Source of the DNA: an uncultured Acidobacteriota bacterium
GTDB taxonomy: Bacteria > Acidobacteriota > Thermoanaerobaculia > Multivoradales > SZUA-115
NCBI GenBank assembly: GCA_963805975.1
Contig: CAWDVR010000002.1
Span: forward strand, 96,001 to 160,000
DNA: 64,000 nt
Direction of reading: 5' to 3'
The translations under genes were made by a program, and so were the position numbers. Position 1 is the first letter of the stretch. Every line of letters starts with the position of its first letter. This document shows, in pieces, positions 29,011-39,700 of the stretch. The notes under the pieces are model-generated. The model saw nothing but the letters and a program-made list of their open reading frames with translations. It did no database searches and had not been told where the DNA came from.

Positions 29011-29840
29011 GATCCCCTCCGCGCCACCGCCGCCGGCCGGGTCGGTCGCAGGGCTGTACCCAGAGGCGCCTCGGTCAGCCGCAGACAGATCACCGAGATG
29101 TTGTCGTCGCTCGCGGCGGCGAGCGCGGCCTCGACCAGGCGCGCGCAGATCTGCGCTGCCGTGCCGCCGGTGTTGGCCAGCCGCGTCATCTCGGCATCCG
29201 TCAGGCTGCCGTGCAGCCCGTCGCTGGTGAGCAGCAGCAGATCACCGGCGTCGAGCGGCAGCGGCAGGTGCACTTCCGGCTCGAAGGGCGCCTCCTGGCC
29301 GACGGCGCGCTGGAGCACGTTGCGCTCGGGGTGGGAGAAGGCTTCGTGCTCGGAGAGGTGGCCGTCGCGCACCAGCTGCTCCACCAGGGAGTGGTCGGCT
29401 GTCAGCCGCAGGAGCGACCGGCCCCGCAGCAGATAGGCCCGGCTGTCTCCCGCGTGCGCCAGGTGCAGGATCGCCCCCGCACGGCCGTTCTCGATCACGG
29501 CGACGAGGCCGGTGGCGCCCATGCCCGCCTGCGCCCGCACCCGCGCGGCCTCGCGCACTGCATCGTGAGCGGCGGTGAGGGCCTGCGCCAGTGCCGCCGC
29601 CCACGGCTCGGAGCCGTCGCTCGCCCGCAGCCGCTCACCGATGGTCCGCACCACGATCTCGGCGGCGTCGCGGCCGGCTTCGTGTCCACCCATGCCGTCG
29701 GAGACGACGCCCACCACCTGTCCCGCGTCGCCGACCAGAACCAGCGCGGCATCCTCGTTCTCCGTTCGCACGGGACCACAGATCGAGATCACGGCGGCAT
29801 CGATGTCAGAGCGGCCGGGCAGCTGAAGTTCGGTCGACAC
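29007..29840 (-). CDS. PP2C-family Ser/Thr phosphatase
   Basis: RTENED, SDGMGGH, AHAGDSRAY, DHS, RNVLQRAVG, LTSDGL, DNIS; exact start uncertain. Confidence 0.95.
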   Translation of the reverse strand: MSTELQLPGRSDIDAAVISICGPVRTENEDAALVLVGDAGQVVGVVSDGMGGHEAGRDAAEIVVRTIGERLRASDGSEPWAAALAQALTAAHDAVREAARVRAQAGMGATGLVAVIENGRAGAILHLAHAGDSRAYLLRGRSLLRLTADHSLVEQLVRDGHLSEHEAFSHPERNVLQRAVGQEAPFEPEVHLPLPLDAGDLLLLTSDGLHGSLTDAEMTRLANTGGTAAQICARLVEAALAAASDDNISVICLRLTEAPLGTALRPTRPAAVARRGS

Positions 29841-29861
29841 GGTGGTGTTCTCGCCCCCTAG

Positions 29862-29888
29862 AGACACCAACGGACACACCTTGTTGCC
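29862..29888 (-). promoter_or_regulatory. ECF-type promoter GGCAACAA-N13-GTGTCT facing the PP2C-kinase-CHAT-caspase operon
   Basis: Minus strand reads GGCAACAAggtgtgtccgttgGTGTCT; identical elements and spacing in two other intergenic positions. Confidence 0.7.
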
Positions 29889-29899
29889 ACGCGCGCCGG

Positions 29900-29926
29900 G
29901 GCAACAAAGAGAGCGATGGCGTGTCT
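29900..29926 (+). promoter_or_regulatory. ECF-type promoter GGCAACAA-N13-GTGTCT facing the vWA-tubulin-GTPase operon
   Basis: GGCAACAAagagagcgatggcGTGTCT, then GGAGG RBS at 29936 and GTG at 29947. Confidence 0.72.
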
Positions 29927-29946
29927 ATCGGCCGCGGAGGAGATCC

Positions 29947-32118
29947 GTGAGACGACGCGACGTTCGGGAAGCTCTGATGGCGCTGGCGCTCGCGATCTGC
30001 ACGGGCCCGCTGGTGGCGCAAGGCAGCGCCGAGGCCGATGTCGTGGTGGTGGTGGACACCTCGACCAGCATGCAGCAAGAAGGTATGGACCCGGAGCGCA
30101 GCTCGCTGCTGGTCACCAAGCTCTTGGCGGACATTTCCCCGGGAAGCCTGGCTGTCGTGCGGCTGCTCGACTTGCAGGCCGACGCCAATCTCCTTCCATC
30201 GCGCGACACCGGTACGTTCGTGCCGTGCTCGGAGGACCCCTCCCGGTCATGTCGGCACGTTGAGGCCGCGTCGGACTGGGAGGCCGACGCGCGCCGCCAG
30301 ACGTTCGGTGCCCTGCTGCGACCGGCACGCGGTGACGGCGCTTACAAGAAAGATCTCGAAGCTCACCTCGAACAGCGCAGCAACAACAGCCCGTTCAATC
30401 TCGCGCTGCGCTCGGCCCAGGGTGTTCTCGACCAGCGGCGCCAGACCCGTGCCGCCGAGGCCGCGGTGCCGCAGACCGTCATCTGGTTGTCCGATGGCCG
30501 ATCGGACAACCCGACGACGCTGCCGCCCGTCGTCGCCGAGCTGAAGCAGCAGAAGGTGGCCCTCGAAGCGATCGTCTTCGGGCGCGGTGAAACTCACCTG
30601 TCGCTACAGCTCGGTCTCGACCCCCATCAGGTGAAGACTCCGGCCGAGCTGATGAGGGCTTTCGCCAGCGCCTTCCGCCGCATCGTCCAGGCGCCCTACG
30701 AGATCGACGCCCTGCTGTCGTCGTCCCCCTCGTTCGAGATGAAGCAAGCCGTGGACGAGGCATGGATCGTGGTGTACGGCGACGACACCTTGAGGCAGGC
30801 CGAGGTCGAAGGGCCGGCGGGAGTGGTGCCGGCCGATTACGCCGCCGACCGCTGGGCCGGGGCCGGGGCTTACCGCGTGGTCCACCTCACCCGGCCCGCC
30901 GCGGGGCGCTGGACCATCCGCGCCACCGGCGGCGGCGCCGGCACGGCCTATGCGGTGGTGCAACGCTCGGCGCTCACCCCCATCTTCCTGGGGCCGGAAC
31001 AGGTCCTTTCCGGCACCGCCACCCTGTTTCAGGGAGCGATCCGCGCCGGCAGCTCGACCGAGCCGATCAGCGATCCGGCGATCCTGAAAGAAGCCGAGCT
31101 CACCCTCGAAGCCCTGGGCTCGGGTCCGGGGACGACCGTCCGGCTCCACGACGATGGCCGGGATGGCGACGCGCAAGCCGGCGACGGCCGCTTCTCCGGT
31201 TTCGGCACTCTCCACGGCTTCGGCCCGCAGCCCGCTCGACTGCACCTGGCAACGCCGCTGGTCGACCGTTCGGTGGAGGCCACGATCCAGGTGGCGGGAC
31301 GCTTCGCCACCACGGGTGAGCCGGTCGAGGTCGACCTCGGCCGCTTGGGGGTCGCCACCGAGGTCTGCAAGCCGCTGCGCTTCGCCGTGGAGCACGAGGG
31401 GCAAGTACCGCTCACGCTCGCGCAGCTCGCCGCATCGCCCGTCGATCACCAGCTCTCGCTGCGCACGCCGCGGGGCCGGATCGAGGTCGGAGGCGATGCG
31501 CAGCTCGCCACTCCCGAGGACACCTTCGAAGTTTGCCTCGCCACCGGCCCCCGAGTTACCTCCTCGCGGGCTCAGGGCGAGCCTTGGCTGGTGCTCGGTG
31601 TGGCCTCGTCCGAGGACCCGCTCCAGCGCCAGGTGGTACGACTGCGCTGGCAGGTCGAAGGCCTGGGCTTCTGGGCCCGCTGGGGCTGGCTGATCCTGTT
31701 GATGCTGGCGGCCATCGCGGTTGCGATCGTGGTCGCGGGGTACATCGTGCCCGAACGTTTCCAGCCCTCGCTGGCGCTGGTCTTCACGTCCGACCGCGAG
31801 GACCTCGAGGAGCAGAGCCCGCAGCCGATCAAGCAGTGGCGCGGCGTGGGAATCGGCTTTTATCGCCATGCGCGCGCTTACCTGCATGCGGACTTTCGGC
31901 TCTCGGGCAACCCCGGCGGCTCGGTCGCAACCCTCGCGGCAGTCGCCCGAGGCACGCGCGTCTTCCCCGGCAAGGGCGCGAGCCTCTATCGCGAAGGGCT
32001 GGACGGCACCTTCGAGCCGGTGAGCCCGGAAGGCCACGCCGCCCATCAGGGCGACGTCTTTCGCGTCGGGGAACGAGGGCCGTTCTTCCGCCTCACCTCG
32101 CGCCGGGCAAGAGCGTGA
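29947..32118 (+). CDS. Membrane-anchored vWA-domain protein with choice-of-anchor-X-like motif
   Basis: Signal peptide; MIDAS VVDTSTSM and WLSDG; LHDDGRDGDAQAGDGRFSG; C-terminal TM plus tail. Confidence 0.85.
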   Translation: MRRRDVREALMALALAICTGPLVAQGSAEADVVVVVDTSTSMQQEGMDPERSSLLVTKLLADISPGSLAVVRLLDLQADANLLPSRDTGTFVPCSEDPSRSCRHVEAASDWEADARRQTFGALLRPARGDGAYKKDLEAHLEQRSNNSPFNLALRSAQGVLDQRRQTRAAEAAVPQTVIWLSDGRSDNPTTLPPVVAELKQQKVALEAIVFGRGETHLSLQLGLDPHQVKTPAELMRAFASAFRRIVQAPYEIDALLSSSPSFEMKQAVDEAWIVVYGDDTLRQAEVEGPAGVVPADYAADRWAGAGAYRVVHLTRPAAGRWTIRATGGGAGTAYAVVQRSALTPIFLGPEQVLSGTATLFQGAIRAGSSTEPISDPAILKEAELTLEALGSGPGTTVRLHDDGRDGDAQAGDGRFSGFGTLHGFGPQPARLHLATPLVDRSVEATIQVAGRFATTGEPVEVDLGRLGVATEVCKPLRFAVEHEGQVPLTLAQLAASPVDHQLSLRTPRGRIEVGGDAQLATPEDTFEVCLATGPRVTSSRAQGEPWLVLGVASSEDPLQRQVVRLRWQVEGLGFWARWGWLILLMLAAIAVAIVVAGYIVPERFQPSLALVFTSDREDLEEQSPQPIKQWRGVGIGFYRHARAYLHADFRLSGNPGGSVATLAAVARGTRVFPGKGASLYREGLDGTFEPVSPEGHAAHQGDVFRVGERGPFFRLTSRRARA

Positions 32119-34421
32119 AGACCTGGTGGCAGAGCCTTCGCCTCCTGGCGTGCTGCGCGGTGGCGGTCGCGGCCGGCCTGCCGGCGGCGGGCAGCCAGCA
32201 CGTGCGGGTGGTGCTCGACACCTCCGGCTCGATGGCGACCAACGACCCGCCGCGCCTGACGATCCTCGCCACGCTCTTGCTCCACGACCTGGCCGATCTC
32301 GGGCGCAATCTGGGTGACAGCTTCGAGGTGCTGCCCTTCGATCCGACGGCGGAGTGGCGGGACCCCGCCGCCGCGCCGCCGCTCGCGGTCGGCCCGCGGG
32401 TGCGGGCGCGCTTCGGCGCCCGGGACGCGCTGGTCGCCGAGATTTCGTCTCTGCAGTACAACGCCCGCAACACCTACTTCTATCCTGGCCTCCGGGCGGC
32501 CATCACCGATCTCGAGCAAGGCACCAGCCGTGACGTGCGCGCGCTGGTGCTGGTGACCGACGGCGTGCCGGTGGAGGCGACCCGCGAAGCGGAGCTCGCC
32601 CTCATCCAGCGTGAGCTCCTGCCGCGTCTCCAGACGGGGGGCATCCGGCTCTACGTGCTGGCCTTCGGCCCCGAGGCCACGACCCACCGCGCTTTTTTCG
32701 AGTCTCTGCTGGGCGGCCACGGGCAACGCGCTCCCGGCCAGCTGTTCGTCGATCGTGACGGCAGCGAGCTGCTGGCCACGATGAGCGAGATCTTCGCCCA
32801 GGGCTTCGGCTACACTCGCTCCCATCCCCAGGCGCTCGCCGGCGGCTCCGATCTCGACCTCGAAGGCGGCGGCAAGGCCCAGCGCTCGGCCGTGGTGGTG
32901 TCGTCGCCGCACGGAGGCGCGATCCCGAGCCTCAACCTCGTGCCACCGGCCGGCGGCAGCGTCAACGCTCCCGGGGGCGTCGTGGGCGCGGCCACCAACG
33001 GCGCGAGCTACGCGCTGACCTGGGCGCTCTCTCCCCATCCCGGGCGCTACCGCGCCAGCTCCAGTGCCGCCGCTGCTCGCGTCGTGGTGTTGCGCCCCAG
33101 CCGTCTGGCGCTCGAAGTGCAGAGCTCGACGCCGTCCACCCAGGCGCGACAGGTGATGGCCCGCACGCCGGTGCCCTGGCTGGTCGTGGCCCGGCCCGAG
33201 GGCGGCACGGGAGATCCCGGGCCGGTGAATATTTCATTTCGCACCCACGGGCCGCGCCGTACTCAGCCCGGGCCGGATGCGAGCCTCTACGAATGGTCGA
33301 GCGAGGCCGGCGCTCCGGCGGCAGGCTCTGACCAGTCATTGCCCGAAGGGCGGTCGTTTCCGGTCGAGGTGTCGTTTCCGCGCGACCCCCAGGAGGGAGA
33401 GGCCTCGTACCGCGGCTATCTCGAAGTCGAAGCCTGGCGGGGCGAGGCACGGGTCGGCGGCCTCACCGGCGAGAAGGCTTACCCGGTCGATGTCTTCCCG
33501 TTCCTGGACATCACGCCGTCACCGCTGGCCGGCGATGCGTTGCCGGCGGGCGACCGCAAGCGCCGGCCGCGGGCGCTGCGCAGCGGCGAGCGCGGCTGCG
33601 CCCTCTTTCATCTGCGCCTCACTTCCGGGCGCCTGCCTCATCTCAAGCAGCCGCGCTATTCGCTGCGGGCGACGCTCGACCGCTCGACCCAGGCGTTCCA
33701 AGGCGAGCTTGCCGGTGCCCTGGTGACGCTCGACGGCAAGTCCCTGGGGGTCGAAGGCCAAGCGAGCGCAGTCCCCTACCCCTGGCAGCTCGGCCAAGAG
33801 CTGAGCCAGGCCGACCTCCTGGGCGAGCACGCGATCTGTCTACAGGTGGGGCGGCCCAAAGCCGGCGACCCGGACAAGGCCCTGGAGCTGCCGCTTCGCC
33901 TGACCCTGCTCGAGAGCCCCTACGACAGCGCGCCGGTGATCGAGCCCTTCACGTTCCGGGTATGGATCAGCCCGCCGACTTTAGTCGAGCGCATCGGCCC
34001 CTGGCTCGGCCTGGCTTTCGCCGTGCTCTGCGGCGTGCTCGGCCTGGCGATCCTGCGCTGGCGATCCTCTTTGCCCCAGGACCTCGCTTACGCGCTGCAG
34101 CGCGACGAGCCGGGCGGTTCCTTGCCGCAGGCCACCTGGGCGGAGCTCACCTTCGAACGCCCGCCAGGGCTGGCGCGTTGGCTGGGGCTGGCGCCCGCCC
34201 TGCCGGTGCTGGCACTGGGCGAAGGCCGCCCGCTCGCCTGGGTGCGGCCGGCCAAGGTCGAGCTGTTCCATCTGCAACCGGCCGACGGAGTTCGGGTCGA
34301 GGACCCTACCGGCCAGGCGCTCGCCACGGCTCGCGGCGGCCGCTACACGCTCGAGGTCCACCGCGGCTACCGCCTGCTGGCCGGCGGCGAGCGCTACCTG
34401 CTGCGCCTGGAGTACCGGTGA
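32115..34421 (+). CDS. Membrane-anchored vWA-domain protein
   Basis: GTGA overlap; signal peptide; VLDTSGSM, LVTDG, LYVLAFG; C-terminal TM. Confidence 0.85.
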   Translation: MKTWWQSLRLLACCAVAVAAGLPAAGSQHVRVVLDTSGSMATNDPPRLTILATLLLHDLADLGRNLGDSFEVLPFDPTAEWRDPAAAPPLAVGPRVRARFGARDALVAEISSLQYNARNTYFYPGLRAAITDLEQGTSRDVRALVLVTDGVPVEATREAELALIQRELLPRLQTGGIRLYVLAFGPEATTHRAFFESLLGGHGQRAPGQLFVDRDGSELLATMSEIFAQGFGYTRSHPQALAGGSDLDLEGGGKAQRSAVVVSSPHGGAIPSLNLVPPAGGSVNAPGGVVGAATNGASYALTWALSPHPGRYRASSSAAAARVVVLRPSRLALEVQSSTPSTQARQVMARTPVPWLVVARPEGGTGDPGPVNISFRTHGPRRTQPGPDASLYEWSSEAGAPAAGSDQSLPEGRSFPVEVSFPRDPQEGEASYRGYLEVEAWRGEARVGGLTGEKAYPVDVFPFLDITPSPLAGDALPAGDRKRRPRALRSGERGCALFHLRLTSGRLPHLKQPRYSLRATLDRSTQAFQGELAGALVTLDGKSLGVEGQASAVPYPWQLGQELSQADLLGEHAICLQVGRPKAGDPDKALELPLRLTLLESPYDSAPVIEPFTFRVWISPPTLVERIGPWLGLAFAVLCGVLGLAILRWRSSLPQDLAYALQRDEPGGSLPQATWAELTFERPPGLARWLGLAPALPVLALGEGRPLAWVRPAKVELFHLQPADGVRVEDPTGQALATARGGRYTLEVHRGYRLLAGGERYLLRLEYR

Positions 34422-36772
34422 GGGCTGCCACGACGGCCGCCGTGGCCGCTTTGCTCGCGGCGGGCGGGGCATGCCCGCTGCTCGCGGCCGGTGGCACGGG
34501 CCCCAAGAGCGTCGCTCTGGTGCTCGACACTTCGCGCTCGATGATCGAGAACGACCCGCAGCGCTACACCTCGGAGATCAGTCAGATCGTCTCCGACCTG
34601 CTGTCCGACGGCGACGAGCTCACCGTGGTGCGCATGCCCAAGGACGGTTTCTTCTACACCCCGGATTGCTCGGAAGGCGTCACGCCGGCCCTCGCCCGCA
34701 CCTCCGCCGGCGCGGATCGCCTCGGCTTCAAGCGCAGCCTCGACGCGCTGGTGCGCTACGACACCGGCACTTTCTTCGCCGCCCCCATCCGGACCGCGAT
34801 CGCCGCGCTACGCCGGCACCCCGACCGACCGCGCCTGTTGCTGGTCGTGGCGGATTCCGGCGGCCTCGGCGACTGCGAGACCGCGCTGACGAGAGAGCTC
34901 TCGGCCCTTGAGCGCGACGGCGCAACGCTCGCCGCCATCAACCTCGGCGGTGATGCGGGTGCCTTCGACCGCAATCCCGCTTTCGGGCTCACCGCCTCGG
35001 CGCGCGACGCCGAAGAGCTGATCGCCGCCGTGGCGCGGGTCTACCAGCGCTTTCTGGGCGGCCGGCAGGTGGCGACCGGCAACGCGCGCGGCAAAGTGCA
35101 GGTGGAGATCGCGCCGGCGGTCCGCGAAGCCTTCCTGGTCTTTGCCGCCGACGGCCCGCTGGGCGTGGTCTCCGAGGCCGCGGGCAATCCTGGCGCCCAC
35201 ACCGTCGATCTCGACTTTCGCGGCGGCGGCGGGGCTCAAGGCCTCGACGGCCGCCAGCGCGAGTACCGCATCGTTCGCCTCCAGCGGCCCAACGCCGGCC
35301 GCTGGACCTTCGAGGCCAGCGGGCTCACCTCCCAGGCCGGCTGGATGCTGATCCAGGACTCGGCGGTCGGAGTGCGCCTGGTCTCCTCGCCCACCGTGAC
35401 CGCCGGGATGGCGGCGACGATTGAGGCCCAGCTGGTGGACGAGGAGACCGGAGCGGCCATCACGGACTCCTCGTTTCTGCAAGGGCTGGGGATGACCGCG
35501 CAGATCGAAGGCCGCAACGTCACCCTGCGCGACGACGGCCAGGGCGGCGATCGGCTCGCCGGCGACGGGATCTTTTCCACCGCCGTCGAGATGAACCGGC
35601 TCGGGCAGCACGAGATCCCGGTGCACTTGGCGAGCTCGCTCCTCGATCGCGACCGCACTCTCGGGCTCGAAGTCGCGGCCAGCAGCTGGGAGCTGCGGGT
35701 GAGCTCTCCCGCTGTCGCCGAAGCCGGCAGCCCGGTCGAGCTGGCGGTCGAAACCGTGCCGATCGGCCGAGCCGAAGCTCTCAAGGCTCCGGAGCGGATC
35801 GACGTGACCGCCGCCGGCCAGGTGGTTCAGCTGACCAGCAGCCCGGCCCGGAAGGGCCTCTATACCGGGTCCTGGGTACCGGCCGAGCCGGGCACCGTGA
35901 CGCTCGAGTACCAGCCGGTCGGCGGCTCCGCGGCCCTGCCGGTCAGCGCCACCATGACCGTCAACAGCGTCTTGAAACTGGGCCCGGCCCAGCCCGTCAC
36001 GCTCGTGCCGGTGCAGGCGCACGGGGAGGCCACGGGCGAGCTCGCGCTCGCCCGTGCGACCGTACACGGCACCTTCGTGCTCGAAGCCAGCAGCGACTTC
36101 GCTCGCCGGCGCGCCCTGCTGGAGATCGATCCGGGCAGCGGCTGGGTCGCTCTGGGCGCGACGCCGGTGCCGCTCGAACTCGGCTCCGGCCGCCCGGCGA
36201 TCTGGCGCCTGCGGCTGCGCGCCGCGGCCTGCCCCGAGCCGGCGAGCGCCGGCGACCCCTTCGTCATCCACCTCGTGCAGCGGGGCGGCAGCGCCCGGCT
36301 CTCGATCCCGCTCGCGGTGGTGATCGAGCCCGAGCCGTGGTGGATCTGCTGGTGGCCCGTGCTGGCGCTGGCGCTGGCAGGCCTGGCGGCGGCGGTGGTG
36401 ATCCACGGCTTCGTCTCACCGTCTCGTTTCGCGCCACGCCTGGGCGTCCTGCTGTCGCCGGAGCTCGACCTGGGAGAAGGCTTCTTCCATCCCATCCGCG
36501 GCACTCGCGGCAGCGGCAGCGGTTTTTACCGTGACGCCACGGTCTTCGTCTGCGGCGACTACCGGCTGTCGGGTCGGACCGACGGCGCCGTGGCGCGGCT
36601 GCGGGCCGACGGTCGCGGCGTGCGCATCCGCACCGTGCCAGGAGCCACCCTGCTGCGCCAGAACGCCGACGGCGGCTGGGAGGCGTTGCCGGAGGAAGAA
36701 ACCAGCCTGCGGCTGGGCGCGCTCTACCGCAACGATCTCGCCACTCTCTTCTTCGAGGTTCGCCATGGCTGA
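34418..36772 (+). CDS. Membrane-anchored vWA-domain protein (paralog of 29947-32118)
   Basis: GTGA overlap; VLDTSRSM; LRDDGQGGDRLAGDGIFS; TM; tail GSGFYRDA..DYRLSG similar to GIGFYRHA..DFRLSG. Confidence 0.85.
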   Translation: MRAATTAAVAALLAAGGACPLLAAGGTGPKSVALVLDTSRSMIENDPQRYTSEISQIVSDLLSDGDELTVVRMPKDGFFYTPDCSEGVTPALARTSAGADRLGFKRSLDALVRYDTGTFFAAPIRTAIAALRRHPDRPRLLLVVADSGGLGDCETALTRELSALERDGATLAAINLGGDAGAFDRNPAFGLTASARDAEELIAAVARVYQRFLGGRQVATGNARGKVQVEIAPAVREAFLVFAADGPLGVVSEAAGNPGAHTVDLDFRGGGGAQGLDGRQREYRIVRLQRPNAGRWTFEASGLTSQAGWMLIQDSAVGVRLVSSPTVTAGMAATIEAQLVDEETGAAITDSSFLQGLGMTAQIEGRNVTLRDDGQGGDRLAGDGIFSTAVEMNRLGQHEIPVHLASSLLDRDRTLGLEVAASSWELRVSSPAVAEAGSPVELAVETVPIGRAEALKAPERIDVTAAGQVVQLTSSPARKGLYTGSWVPAEPGTVTLEYQPVGGSAALPVSATMTVNSVLKLGPAQPVTLVPVQAHGEATGELALARATVHGTFVLEASSDFARRRALLEIDPGSGWVALGATPVPLELGSGRPAIWRLRLRAAACPEPASAGDPFVIHLVQRGGSARLSIPLAVVIEPEPWWICWWPVLALALAGLAAAVVIHGFVSPSRFAPRLGVLLSPELDLGEGFFHPIRGTRGSGSGFYRDATVFVCGDYRLSGRTDGAVARLRADGRGVRIRTVPGATLLRQNADGGWEALPEEETSLRLGALYRNDLATLFFEVRHG

Positions 36773-36789
36773 CCGTCAAGGAGCTCACC

Positions 36790-39700
36790 ATGTCTGAGGA
36801 ATACCGCGCTGGACAGAGCACCATCACGCCAACCCTTGTCGTGGGCCTGGGTGGCACCGGCTCCGACATCGTCGACCGCATCGCCGGCCGCGCCGCCACC
36901 CTGCCCAACTGGGAAAGCCAGCTGCGCCCCTTGACCTCGTTCGTGGCCATCGACACCAACGAGCTCGATCAGCACGGCCTCGCTCACATCCCCGACGGCA
37001 ACCGCTTGAACATCGCCGCCTTCGACAAGGCGCGCGTGATCGATCACTTCCGCCGCTCGCAGAACCAGCAGGCCCTGCAATGGCTGGACCGCGCCTATCA
37101 ACCCCGCCCCGGCTTCAAGCCGGGCGCCGGCCAGATCCGCGTCGAATCGCGCCTGGGCTTCTTCTTCCATTCGCCGGAGATCCGCCAGCGCCTGCGCTCG
37201 CTGGTGCGCGAAACCCTCCGGCCCGGCATCGTGTGGCGCCAGGCCACGCCTCCGAAGTACAACGTCTACGTTTTCACGACGCTGGCCGGCGGCACCGGCT
37301 CGGGCTGCTTTCTCTCCGCCGCGTATCTGATCGAGGCGGTGATCCGCGAGCAGGAGTGGCAGCCGCGGATCGTCGCCAACCTGCTCTTGTCCACCTTGAT
37401 GCAGGACAAGGTCGGCCCCGAGCTCCACCCCGACATCCACGCCAATACCTATGCCGCCTTGAAGGAACTCGAGCACCTGACCAAGCTCGACTACCCGCAG
37501 GTGCGGCGCGAAGGCCGCACCGCGGAGGACTTCGTCTACTGCCGCGACGAGACTTCGCAGCAGATCCTCCAGGTCGGGAGCCGGCCGTTCTTCCTGAGCT
37601 TCCTGTTCGATCGCCCGTCGCATCTCGGCCTGCCCGAGGCCAAGCACGCCATCGCCGATGCCGCGTTCCTACAGATCTTCACGCCGATCATCGACAACCT
37701 GGCCGGCGAGCTCGACAACTACGAGAAGCACCTCGAGTCGCTCACCCTGTTCCCGGGCGAGCTCAAAAACGTCGGTCTGGGCTACACCAAGAACTTCGGC
37801 GCCTTCGGGGCGGTCGCCCTGGCGCTGCCCGGCCGCGACCTGCTCGAGTACTGCGCCCTGCGCTTCGCCGCCCAGGCGATGCGCAGCCAGATCACCTTCG
37901 GGGTCGACCCGAACGATCCGACCGACGATCGCGCCCGCGCCCTGGCACGCCTGGCGGTCAACTACGCGGACCCCAAGTTCCTCAACCTGGCGGACGCCGA
38001 GCGGGAGCGCGAGATCAACCGCGCCTTCGTCGCCTCGGTGCAGGAGATGGCACGCCAGGACGCGGTCGACGACATGACGCGTGGCTTCTGGTATCAGCTC
38101 GTCGCGAGCATCGACGAGGGGCCGCTCACCGGCACCGACCCGGACGGCAAGCCGATCCACGGGGAGTCGCTGGTCGCCGTGGTCGAGCGCCAGCTCGACG
38201 AGGCCCGCCGGCCGCTGCTCAACAAGGTCTCGATCAAGGAGCGCGCCTTTGCTTTTCACAAAGAGGGCGTGAGCCAGTACAACGAGCTGGTGAGCCGCCT
38301 GAAGGAAGACATCCGCAATGCCCGGGTGATCGTCGACGAAGGCTGCCGGGGCCTGGTGGCGAGCGCCGAGGAGGGCGAGGTGATCGCCGGGCTGAAGCTC
38401 GACCCGATCGCCGAGCGCTACCTCGCGCTGCGCAAGCTGGCGCATCTCGAAACCGAAGTCTTGCCCAAGGCGGAGCAGGAGCTGAGCAGCGCTCAAGTGC
38501 TGGAGCTCAACAACCCTGCGGTGCAGAAGCGCTTCGAGGAGCTGTACCAGAAGCTGCAAGACGAGGCGCGCGCGCGGCGCTGGCCCAATCGCGATCAGAG
38601 CTTTCTCGACGCCCGCAGCGAAGCCGAGGAGTACTACGGCAAGGTTGCGAAAGCGGCGCGCCGCATCCTCGACCTCGAAGTGCGCCTCCGGCAGCTGCGC
38701 GCGCTCACCGACTATCTGCGGCGCCGGGCCCGGCAGTATGCCCGCCTGGCCAACCGCATGAACGGCCTGGTGCAGGACCTGGAAGCCGACGCCGAGCGGC
38801 TGCGCCGGGGCGAGGTGGCGATCGAGCTGCCGCTGGCGCTCAAGGTGGAAGTCTTCGAAACCTTGGACGAGCCGCGGCGCCGCATCTGGGACCGCGTCTA
38901 CAACGCCCTGTTCCTCGACGGCGGCCGCTACCTCGCCACCTTCGATCGCCAGCTGCTGGCCGAAACCGTGGCGCGCGAGCTCAAGCCGGTCGTCGGCGCC
39001 GACGGCCGGGTGAGTGACAAGACCGTCGACCAGACCGTCACCGACCTGCGCCGCGCGCTCTGCCGACTCGGCCGCGAACGGCTGCGGCCGGCGATCCTGG
39101 GCGATGCGGACGCCACCGGGCTCGACCTCGAAACCGGCCTGGCGCTCGAGGCGCGCTTGATGCTGGCGCCGATGAAACGCCCGGGCGAAACCGTGACGCC
39201 GGAGGAGATCGAGGAGTACCGCGAGAAGAAGTTCCGCGCCCTGGCGCAGCTCGCCGGCGTGCTCGCCCGGGTGAGCGCGGCGGATGCCAAGGCGCTCGAC
39301 GACGGGGTCAAGACCAACCGCACCCGGCAGCTGATCCTGGGGCACTCCGGCGCGCGCGCCGAGTCGGTCGACGGCCGCTTCGTCGATCGCCTGAAGAGTG
39401 TGCTCTCTGCCGGCGGCCACCAGGTCGAGAAGGACTACTGGCACAACCCGCGGCTCGCCATCGTGCACGACGTCGAGCTGCCGATCCCGCTGTACTACTT
39501 CCAGCCAGTGGTGGGCGAGATCGAAGAGGCGTATTTGAAGATCGCCGCCGAGGAGCGCCGCGGCTACAACCTGCACACCGACTTCAACTGGGAAAAGTCG
39601 CTGCCCAACCTGAACCCGCGGCGCTCGGAGCTGACGGTGGGCTGGTCGCTCAGCCAGCTGGCCGAGGGCCTGGTGAGCCGCATCATCCTCTTCCGCGACG

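Noticed and set aside
36765-36797. Tiny ORF MADRQGAHHV between vWA3 and the tubulin gene
   Set aside because: 10 codons overlapping both neighbours; no evidence of translation
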